Source of the DNA: Euglena gracilis
Lineage: Eukaryota
DNA length: 64,000 nucleotides
Direction: 5' to 3'
Assembly (NCBI GenBank): GCA_039621445.1
Contig: CP154954.1
Span: forward strand, 11,278,716-11,342,715
Every line of letters starts with the position of its first letter. Position 1 is the stretch's first letter. Both the position numbers and the translations under genes were made by a program. Positions 50,113 through 60,500 of the stretch are shown piece after piece. The notes under the pieces are model-generated. The model was not told the DNA's origin, did no database searches, and was given only the letters and a program-made list of their open reading frames with translations.

Positions 50113-50773
50113 TGTGCGCGGTCCGAGGGTGCCCGCCCCAAGGGGGGGTCTCAAGCGGGCCCAAAGGGGCCACGAAGGGCCGCGAGGGGGCTCCAAGGTC
50201 CCCAAGGGCCTTTTGAGGCCCCACTGGCCCCCAAGGGGGCCCCACAGTCCATTTTGACCAAGCCAAGGAGGGGGCAGTTGGAGGGGGCCAACAGGCAACC
50301 CCCAAGGGGATGCGCAAGCCCTGCTGGGCTTTGCGCAAGCATGCGCACCCCCTTGGTGGTCGCTTGGGATGGCGCAATTCATTAAGAATTGCACAGAGTA
50401 TACCAAGTAGCCCCCCCCAGCTGTAGCCCCCCTCCAATTGTACATTTTCTGTTCACAGGGCTCTGTTTACACTCTGTTTTATTTGTCATTTGGCATTCAA
50501 TTGTGTTTGCATTTGCAACAATCAAACAATTCAAGCAAACAAGTTCAAGTCATTGATTATTATTGATTATTCATTCAAGTTCAATTGACTGGACCTCAAA
50601 AGTATGTCATTTTCAACATCACCATCCTCAGCAACACCCACCCCTACCCCATTTTTCCTCCAAGGGGAAAACCCCCACCAGGTGGGCCCGATGGGCTCAA
50701 ATTTAAACGATCCTACGCGGGTTGCGCCGCCAGGGGTCCCTTCACAGGGACCTCAGGAGCGGCGACCCCTACA
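50113..50773 (+). repeat. 3' LTR
   Basis: Direct repeat of 36930-37591. Confidence 0.95.
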
Positions 50774-53700
50774 CCGTCATCAGGGCTTGACCACAGGGAC
50801 ACCACTGAGCCACAGGCGTGTTGGCTACCACCAACAACTGAGCACAGTATGCATCCCAAAGGGCTTGCATAAAGGGCTCCGTTGGGGGGGGTGCGCACAT
50901 ACGCATTGCCTGCTCCAACGTCTCCGTAGTGCGGAAGATCATCTCTCCTGCATACGGGGGCAGACGCAGTCTGCGCTGGACTGGTGGCTGGGGTGCCGGC
51001 TGCTGGACGGCAGATTGATCTGGTACCGCATATGCGGACCGGCTGCTGGTAGCCGCGGCGAATACCGGGGTTGAAACCCTCTCAGCACGTGGGGCACCCG
51101 GAATCGGGGCCTCAGCATACTGAGGGTACTGGAGGTATGGCGACAGAAGGGGCTGGGCCCGGCCCACGGTGTGAGACCTTGTTCCATGGTCCAGGTCCGC
51201 GCCCAGGCAGCATGATGCTACCCGAACAACGAATGCAAGGGAAACCTTGTTGTCATTCGGTTTGAGTTCCGGCGCACGGAAAAAGAAGGCTTCTATCTTA
51301 ATCAAAAACTCTGTGAGAAAGACAGAAGATGAACTGCAGGGGGGGTATAAACGCGAAACACTCACATAAAACACACATGTTCCCAAACAGAAATTGTTTA
51401 AGAAAGTGTTTATGTTTATGTCTATGTTATTGCGCTTGTTACACAGCTTCCAATCCTGCTGGATATATCCAACGAAACTGGATGCTGGCTCCCAAGTGTC
51501 CTCCTCTGTCCCGTACTCTTTCCAGCGAACTTTCCAGTAGTGCACACCCCTGTCGACCTTGTGGTCGATTATCTTATCGACCACAAATCCGTCCGTTTCA
51601 GGTAGTCTGGAACGGGGCTTGAAATATAGGCAGTGATAGCTTTTCCGTCCGGGGGGCTTAGGTACGGTTTGAAGTCGTCCATATGGACGTCCTCAATCCC
51701 GTTGGGCAAGGCAACTTTATATCGCCCGCTACTACCTAACCTCTCCAATATTTCGCATGGGCCGAGCAAAAGAGGATCTAGATTGGAAGATTGCATGCGG
51801 GTGCGGTTATTCCGTACCTACACGCGGTCACCTGGAGTATACACAGGTGTGTTTAAGTTTGTAAAAACATTTCCGTTTGTTGGAATGAATTTCTGTGATA
51901 CGTGATTGGACTGCAGAGCGGAGTGATTCCACTTCTGCAAACCACGTTTCACAGCTGACGCTACTTCGGGCGGGTCTCTCCGAGGGGATATCCCCGATGG
52001 CCGGAGGGTCTCGTCCGAAAACAATTTTGTACGGTGGGTGTGGTAATACCAACCCTGGCAAGGTATTGATGTAAAATAAACACCAATGAAGAACGGATAG
52101 CCAATTCTTACCCGAGTCAGCCAGTGAAAGGCGAAGCATATTGACAACGGATTTCACGGCTGCCTCGGCTCTACCATTGCCTTTCGGACGGTATATAATA
52201 GAAAAATTCTGCTCAATGCCGTGTAAACCGCACAAATTTGTGAAAAACCGCGAAGAGATCAAGTGATCTTGATCACTCACGATTTCGTTCGGTAAACCCA
52301 TTAAGCAGATACATTTTTTCCAGGAATATGGACGCCAAAGTCTGGGCTGTCAACCCTGCTTTCCGGCATGGAATGGCTACTATGTACCCACTCAGCCGAC
52401 AGACGACAACAAAAGAGTAATCGTAAATTTTGTCAACTGATCCTTTGCAAGGTTCAAGTTCGAGAAAATCCATGCAGAGGGACGTAAAAATGTCTGGTGG
52501 TACGGGGAAAATGTCCATCGTACCAGGGGGGTACCTCTGCGCGGTTTCACAGCCTGGCAAATTTGGCACCGTTGCGAAATTCGCAAACAGCGCGAATATA
52601 AATATTTTTCACTCAGGATTGTGCAATACGTGCGGCCCACCAGTGAAAGAGGTTTGGGGGCCCCAGGGTGACCATGGATGCGATAGCTAAAAATCACATC
52701 ATCAACCAGGTCTTGGGGTATACAATATTAATAACCAGAATCATTCCGGAAAATAAGGCGCAATGGTGATAGAGAGTAATTCTCTATGGATTCACCATTA
52801 CGAAGTCTATTCACAATGGTACTATAATATAGGGTCACGCGAATAAGCCCACTCGCGGAAAAACACGGGGGTAGGAGTTTCCGTACGCGTAATGCGACGG
52901 GGTCCGGCAGTGCGTCCACGCCGGCGCCTTCCACGCAATGGTGAAATGGCGATGCTGCGATATACCCGGGAAACGGGTAGGAATCGAGCATGTTGTCCGC
53001 AGCGTCTGATCGACGTGCGAACTGGTCAGCCTCATGGCTGCCATGAAAAGTCGCATTACCCTCATCCGGGTTCCCAGGATAATACCAGGGGGCTCGGCTG
53101 AGAGGATCCGCAACTTGTTGCGTGTGACCTGGGGTATATATAGCCACCAGGTTAAACTGGCTCAAGAACTCATGCCATCGTCATCTTCTGCCCACTGATG
53201 ACATGGCCTTGTTTAGGTATAAGGCTTGCAAACTATGTTGCAGGTTGGAGAAAATCGCTTCATTGCGGGATTGTGTTTCACACATGGCTTCGCTCACCTT
53301 TTGGAAGTGTTGTGGCAAATGTACCTGCAAATGTGTGTCCAAACCTTGGCGCAAAGTTGCTAGGTCCGCATTGGTGGATTGAAAATTTGTTGGCAATATT
53401 CACCAACATCACGCACATAACTCCAAAGGTAATTCAGCTTGTGTTCCACAACCTTTTGGTTGTTTTCATCTAAATCCAAAACCTTGTTAAGTGTCAATGC
53501 GGAATCCGCCACACAAGTGTGGACATGGGAGATTTGCCGCGTTAGAGGGTGATCCACAGGAAGATTTGCGACTATGCGCTGAATCACGGTAATGGGTTGA
53601 GGGGAAATATTTTCCAACTCTTCCGCATCACTGCTCATAGATTATGTGGGACTTGTATAAGCCGGTACTGTCAAACGCTTCTCCGGGTGCCATGGCAATT

Positions 53701-54770
53701 CCGGAAAAGAACCCGTATCGGTCGGTGCGGGCAATTGTCCTATCGGACTTGTGGGGGGAAGCATAGGGGGGTGTTGAAAGAAACATGGTGTTTCTAACCC
53801 ACCCTCAACAAAAAGTTGCCTTAGCGTATCCGCCTCAGAGTCAAATGTGCCTATCGGCACTAGTGCGAGATCTCGCCGGGGGGAATGGGTTTTTAGCCGA
53901 TCGGTTTTCAAACAAAAGGGGTTGTGCCTGTTGTGCATTGGGTTGCTCTGTAGAGCTTGGCACCGATAGGTGTGGGGGTGCCCATTGGGCGGTGGAAGGA
54001 TTACTCGACACAGACACCGATAGGTGTGACACACGCGGGGAAGCAGGATTACCTTTGAAATGAGTCAATGCTTGTGTACCACTATGGGGTTGTGAATGCT
54101 CATTAGACCTGGACAATGATTCCGCAGGTACAAGTCCACGAAGTGAACGAATCAATGCCGCACAATCAATGGGCGTTGTGCTCTGCATTTTTAAAGGAAA
54201 AATGCAAAAACCAATTGTGAATTGTGGTGTAAAATGCAGAAACAAGTGCAAAAAGAGGGAAAAGTATAAAAATTAAGCAGGGACCCGAACTCTGAGGTTT
54301 GAAGCAGTGTATACTGCGAACCGTCAGAGAACGTGTCCGTGCGTACGGCTTTGGCCGGAAACGGCTTGTAGTGCCTGTGATCGCCTATAGGCGGGGTGCC
54401 ACACGACCGTTTGCGGTCAAAAGGATCGAAAACCTAAACTGCTACCAAGTGTACGCCCAACCTTTCCTCGCTTTCGCCCTTTGGTGCGCAAAAAGAGGTA
54501 AAAGTTGGAGTAACAGGAAAAATTGAAAAGAATAATATAAAAGTTGTTCGCCCTTTTCCCTAATTAAGAGGCAGAGCACAAGGCAGGGGAGAAGCCCTAT
54601 GGGCTACGACAAGGAAAAGTGCCAAGTGACTTGGCTGCCCTTTCAGGACGTCAAATGAGAAAAATCAAACTTGGAAATCAAGTCTTGAATGAAACATTAG
54701 AATGAAATAAAATACCACCTGTGGAGAGGAGAACCAGAATAAGGATTAGGTATTCCTAATTCAGGCCGTT
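50774..54770 (-). mobile_element. Internally deleted gypsy element related to family B (LTR end, PBS, Gag N-terminus fused to RNase H end, integrase, chromodomain)
   Basis: PBS TGGTAGCAG at 54447-54423; GGLETPCFFQHPP matches family B Gag; junction at about 53221; IVSDQD...NGRAE integrase; chromodomain VDKIIDHK...YWKVRWKEY...DTWEP. Confidence 0.88.
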
Positions 54771-55159
54771 GGCCATCTGTAGGATGGCTGGTACACAGTT
54801 AGGCACTCTGCTAAAATCCTGGGAAGCAGCAGTTTTCAATGCTCAGGTCCATCAAGAAACATTTACTCCGACTCCGGCCCAGGGCCTTTGCAGGCCACTC
54901 AAGGTTGGGTTTTGGGTTTTGGGTCCCCCCCCAAAATTTTGTTTTTTGGGTACCCCCCAAAAAAACACCAAAAATTTGTTTTTTTGGGACCCCCTCTTTG
55001 AAAAATTTTACCCCTAACCCCTAACTACCTAAAAAGGCCGCTTTTGGCCAAGAAAAGCTATTTTTTCAAAATTTTCTGCGCCTGTGGCGCCAAATAGTAT
55101 ATCTCACCCCCCTCTGGGCCCTCCGGGGGAGTCCGGCTGGACCCACCCCGGGTAATCCC

Positions 55160-55235
55160 TGGGGCTGCAGCCGGGATCGAACCACCAACCCCGCGTGCAA
55201 AGCAGGATTCCTGTCCAACACGTCCAAACGGATGG
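55160..55235 (-). pseudogene. tRNA-Ala(TGC)-like remnant or SINE head
   Basis: CTGC-TTTGCAC-GCGG anticodon arm, GGTTCGATCCC T-loop and ...GCAGCCCCA end. The 5' half does not form an acceptor stem. Confidence 0.4.
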
Positions 55236-55433
55236 AAGCGCACCGGGGGGGGGGGCAGTGCTTATACAAGGCCAGTGTTTATACACCGGGGGGGGGGGGA
55301 TGGTCCAACAAAATTGTGGATTCTGATAAGGGGTGACCGTTGGAATCCAGACTGTTACAGGGTTATTTTCGGAGGGAAAATCATGCCCTCCAGAATTGTG
55401 GCCTCTGATTGGGGGGGGCAGGGGTGTGATCAT

Positions 55434-55823
55434 TGTAAACCCTCCCCCAAAATAATCCCCCCCAAATAATACCCCCCCCCCTCGGGGTACGACTTCTGGC
55501 CACCAAAATAATACCCCCCTCCCCCAGTTTCGGGCCGAAAGCCCGGATTTTTGACCTGAAAATGTAGGTAAAAATCACAATCTCTGACAATAAATTACGA
55601 AGAAAAATCGATTTTTCTGGATTACCTGGCCTCCAAGAAATGCTAAATTTCATGAGAAAGTACAAAAAAAATGATCCCAAAGAGGGGTTTTGGCACTATT
55701 TTTGCTCCTACGGAACTTCGAAAATTTTCGAAAATTTTTGGGAAATAATACCCCCCCCCCTCGGGCAGGGACTTCGGGCGGAAAAAAAAATACCCCGGGG
55801 GGGTATTATTTGGGGGTTTTACA
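55434..55823. mobile_element. MITE-like element
   Basis: Imperfect TIRs TGTAAA...CCCCCAAAATAAT / ATTATTTGGGGGTTTTACA with internal AAATAATACCCCCC repeats. Confidence 0.5.
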
Positions 55824-56755
55824 TGTCTCGAACAGAAAATTGCATTTTGGGGCATTTTGAAAAGCCTTGTGGGCCCAAAAAGTTTCAGGATCCAAAATTG
55901 TACTAACTACTACTAAACTAACTAATTGTACTAACTAAACTAACTGGACTAACTGGGCGGGGGATGGTCTGACTACTGAAAAGTAAACCGCCAGAAAGTG
56001 TTTCAAGCAGGCGGGGAGTGTTCAGGACAACTCTGAGCGACAGCCCCTTCGTGACTTTGCGGATGTCGACCATTGTTTCCCATGGTTTTCTCTCATCGTC
56101 AATGGAGACCCAAAAATTTGATTTTTGGGTACCCCCCCAAAATTTTTTGGCCGATTTTGGGACCCCCCCAAAAATACAAAAACAAAACCCAACCTTGGGC
56201 CACTGGAGCAAAATGATGTAATAGGTCGAAATGGTGTCCCAGGGGGGCCTTTGCAGGCCCATGGTCTTTGCAGGACACTGGGGTAAAATGGTGTCACAGG
56301 GAAGTTGGGGTAGCAAAATGTTTTTGAACGAAAAGGTATCAGCAGGTGAACTGAGTTTTCTTTGTGGACACAGGTTTACATTGGAACTTTCAAACAAAGC
56401 AACAGTAAATGCACAGAAATGGAATGCAAATAGGTTCCAGGTGACAAAGGGGGACAGACAACCGATGTTGGTGCAACCAGTGGCCCAAAAACTGGTAAAG
56501 AGAAACAGAATTGGGAAATGATGTCTGATAGATGATGTGAGACAACTGGGGTGAAGATGGAAGACACCTTTTGAAAACAATCTGGGGGGTTGGTGGAAGA
56601 TGTCAGCAACAAAAGGTCTCTTTGCATGCAAATGGAAAGACTGATGTAGGGTTGGTTGTGAGAAGGGTGGGTATGAGAAGAATGCAGGAGACTTTTCAAA
56701 GCCAGAGATTGGTTGGATCCATGGTGGGTTTGCAGTGGTTGGACATGGTAAAAGG

Positions 56756-57194
56756 GGCAGCATGAACATTGCACTGTGCATAGCAGCAGTCTGCAGAATG
56801 TACAATGTCATGCTAGATAGTACTTTTCCATGTTCTGCAACACAAATTGTAGAATTGCGAATAGCCTATCCTTTCTCGGGTTTGCCTCCCTGCCTGTCGG
56901 CCTAATTAAACCCTCACGTGGGAACAGAACCAGGAGTGGAACAAAAAAAAAGGTCTTTCACTTAACTATTAGTTTTTGGTGCCTTTGGGCTTATGCAGAG
57001 CACAAGGCAAACCATGTGTTATTTTGGAACTTCAGTTCCAGTGGACTTCTCCTATCGGAGTTCAAATCTTCAAATCTTGGTTTGCCCTTTCAGGCCAATG
57101 AAGCGTGAAGCAAAATAATACCACTTGTGAATAGGGAGGCAAATACGAAATAGGATAGGCTATTCCTAATTCTGCAATTTGTGTTGCAGAGCAT
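56756..57194. mobile_element. Fold-back / MITE-like element with ~135-bp TIRs; right TIR split by the non-LTR insertion and completed at 62542-62625
   Basis: 56830-56891 pairs with 57133-57193, and 56756-56839 pairs with 62542-62625. Confidence 0.7.
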
Positions 57195-57201
57195 CACAAG
57201 C

Positions 57202-57227
57202 ACTTTCTGAGTGTCTATTTTTTTTCG
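57202..57227 (+). ncRNA. Euglenid spliced-leader exon (exon only; no GT donor or SL intron follows)
   Basis: ACTTTCTGAGTGTCTATTTTTTTTCG, matching the Euglena gracilis 26-nt SL as I recall it. Confidence 0.85.
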
Positions 57228-57539
57228 TCTCCACATGAACATGTCTGACAAGCGGGCGGGTGGCCCGTAAAAGTTCACTGCAGACCCCCAAGGAGACGAA
57301 GTTTACAATCAACAATTGTCAAGTTGGTTTGATTGCTGCAGTTTCTGCTGTTCATCTCTGGAGTCAGCCTTCTTCGTGGAGAGCAAGGTCCATTGATTGC
57401 AGGGTGAGATTCAGCCACCCAGCAGCAGCACATCGACTCAAGCCCTGGGAAATCCAGCCCCAGGGGTGAGATTCAGCCACCCAGCATCAGTACATCGACA
57501 TCTGCGATCCAAGTCCTGGGAGATCCAGCCCCAGGAGAA

Positions 57540-60500
57540 TTGTTCACCATGGAGCCCAAGGAACTGAAGCAAAATGCAGCAGAGGTCGAGCCCATAATGG
57601 CTCCCACTACAGCTGCAGCAGGCACAGCCACTACAACCACAATTTGCCCAATCATGCTGAACATTCTGATCATCAATGTTGTCTTGGCCCATGTGTTTTG
57701 CATTTCCCAAATTCAAATTCACATGGTGGAAGGGAAAAACATGCAGCGGGCTTCAAACAGCCAGCAGCATTTGTCAGCCAAGAATTTACAGCAGGGTGAG
57801 ACCCAGCCACCCAGCACCACAGACCCCAGACATTACATCTTTGTACCTGGCCCTGGGACATCCTGTGCACCCAGTTCCCCCCCAGAAGAATCTTCCCCAG
57901 TCTGCCCTGGAGAGTTGGCCCAGGAATTCAGCCCTGTCGTGCCCGCCCAGGGATTCAGCCCCTCAGCAACAGCCCGGGAGCCCAACCCTGGAGTACCTGC
58001 TCAGCATTCCACCCCCTTATTGCCAACGGGGGGGGCAACCCCTGAGGGGTCAACCCAGAACTTCAGCCCCGGAGGTTCAACCCAGCAGGAGGTGAGTCAG
58101 ACGTTCGGCCTGCAGTGTCAATGCTATAATCCTGCTGCACTCGATGTCAAAACTTTCCAACTCAAGCTGTCTGCCTTCCTGCTCCGCTTCTCCTCAACGC
58201 AGCATTTGACAGACATTGGACCAAAAGCCCCCATTCAACAACCATCCAGCCGTCAGCATTGCACAGGGGATTTGGCAGACGTTGCAGCCGGCCCTGAAAG
58301 ATCCAACCCCTGCCAACAACCTTGTGCATCAGCTTTGGCGGGCATCGAGTCAGCAGCCCCCAATGGTCAACAGGGTGAGATTCAGCCACCCAGCAGACAG
58401 CACAGCCACAAAACAAGGACCCGGACATACAACCGCTCACCTGCTTCTGCCGCACACCCTGACCAGACGCAAAAAACAGGCCAGACAGTCGACATTGCCT
58501 CACGCCATGTTCCTGGAGCAAAAAAGCCATGTCTCTTCTCGGCACTAAGGAATTCCTTGGCCTTAAGCTACCACTGCCGGTCGGGCAGAGGTGACGACAT
58601 CCTGACATCGGGCGACGTGGAAGCAAACCCGGGACCCACCCCCCTGGCGGATCCGCCGACGGGATCCATGGATATCGACCTGACTACGGACCCCACAAGA
58701 GCGGTGGGGTTCCTACTGGCCACAACGCCGGTGCCCCCTTCCGCTCTAGGCCCACTCGAGGAGACCTCGACGCAGGACGCCCGGGACCTTCAACAACTTC
58801 TGCAGACCCTCCTTAGCCGACCACCACCGGAAGCCGCTCTCCCCATTGATGGTCCCAGAGCCACGACCCGCGCCCCTTCACAGCCTTGGGGAATTTCCGA
58901 TCGAGGGCCCGGACTGACGGGTAGAGGCGGGCTCCCCAGTTGCGGTGATATTGAGGAAAACCCGGGCCCGAGAACAGGGTGGCCAAAAAGAGGCCGAAAA
59001 CACAGCCGGCCGGCTCAAAACATTGATACCGGGGCTTGCTTGGGGCCAGAGATCTCGGTGGCCATTGACGTTGATGACGCGGCCCCTGCCCCGGCGGCGT
59101 CGTCCGCTCCTTTGCAGGGGGCGATGGACACCGATGGACCCACTTTGCCTTTCGTACCCGGATGCCGACGGGAAGGAACTCCCCTTTCTCAGCCCTGCCC
59201 TTTGCTCGAGCCGACCTGGGACGCCATTTCGCATGACCTCAGGGGGACCATCGCTCACATCCCGCGGGGTGCGGTGCAGGCGGTGGCTCAAATGTACGCA
59301 ATTCTACTGAGAGACTACAACCAGCGCCCCTCGTGGGAGTCGTTGCACGCGCTGTGGTGTATGCCGAAGGCGGTGCTGGCACCCTTGGCACGCGCCGGCA
59401 GAAACCATTGGGCACAACTAGGGAAAGCCATCGGAACCAGGGCACGCGCCTATCTCCTGCAACCAGTCGCAACCTCTTGGCAGCAGTCACAAAAGCCGGC
59501 CGCAAACCCTGTTTCCTCGGTGTCCACACGCTCCGCCGCAAGCAGAGCGGAAGAGGTCCAGACGGAACGCTTCATCCGCCGGATGGAAACGTTGGTGGCC
59601 AGAGGGGCTGTGGGGAAGGCCTGCCAGTTGCTCCTCTCCGAAGGAGTGCAGGACGCGGCTCATCCCGCCGTGCGTGAGAGATTACACCGGATGCACCCAA
59701 CAGAGGCGGAACCCGGAAGGGGATCCACTTCGAGGTGGAAACCACTATCACGCAGCGACGATGTGGGAGACGACCGCCGTATGGTGAAACATGCAGTACG
59801 TAGCTTCGGCCCGGAGTCTGCAGCAGGCCCCTCAGGACTTCGGCCTGAGCACCTGAAGGCCTTGCTCAGCGACGAGGCCGGGGGCTCGGCAGAGGATGTC
59901 CTGGATGAGTTGACGGAGTTTGTCTTCGGGTGCGTGCTTGGGGGAATCCCCAATGGGGCAGCACAAGTGATGTGTGCTGCACGCCTGACCCCCCTCCGAA
60001 AAACCAAAACCGGGACAGGGGCACCCACAGACCCCGTGGGCAAGACATCCCCAGAAGACGAGGGCACTCGGCCCATCGCAGCTGGGGAAACCCTGCGCCG
60101 CCTGGTGGCGAAAGTGCTAATGTGCCACCCGGAGGTCCGTCGGTCCCTGGCCACAGCCCTACCTCAGCAACTGGGAGTGGGCGTACCTGATGCATGCGCT
60201 CTGATAGGAATGGGTATCCAGCAGCTAGTGGACGGCCTGTCTCATGTTGGAAAGACAGATTGGGGACTGCTCCAGCTGGATTTTTCAAACGCATTCAACT
60301 GCATCTCTCGAGAAAATTTGCTGGCAGAAGTCGCGGAGCGATGCCCCCCGCTGCTTCCATGGTTGGAGAGTTGTTACGCCCGCCATTCTCAGTTGTATCT
60401 CGGAAAAACATCACTCCGAAGCAAGTCCGGTGTGCAGCAAGGGGACCCGTGTGGCCCGGCTGCCTTTGCCCTCGGCATACAGTCCCTCTTGGACAAGCTG

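Larger units (their letters stand above)
36930..50773 (+). mobile_element. Full-length Ty3/gypsy chromodomain LTR retrotransposon with two DNA methyltransferase domains, 13844 bp
   Basis: ~662-bp TG...CA LTRs, PBS, PPT, imperfect 4-bp TSD CTGT/CCGT, gag with 2 CCHC knuckles, PR-RT-RH-IN order. Confidence 0.95.

Noticed and set aside
48468-50445. Several long ORFs in the gypsy 3' UTR (e.g. 49214-50257)
   Set aside because: G/C homopolymer-rich, low complexity, open in many frames, no motifs.
55012-55025. Telomere array
   Set aside because: Only about two CCCTAA units.
57202-57330. Functional SL RNA gene
   Set aside because: The exon is not followed by a GT donor or SL intron; retroelement sequence follows instead.
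57228-57540. HDV-like ribozyme at the 5' end of the non-LTR element
   Set aside because: Could not build the nested double pseudoknot by eye; needs a descriptor or Infernal search.
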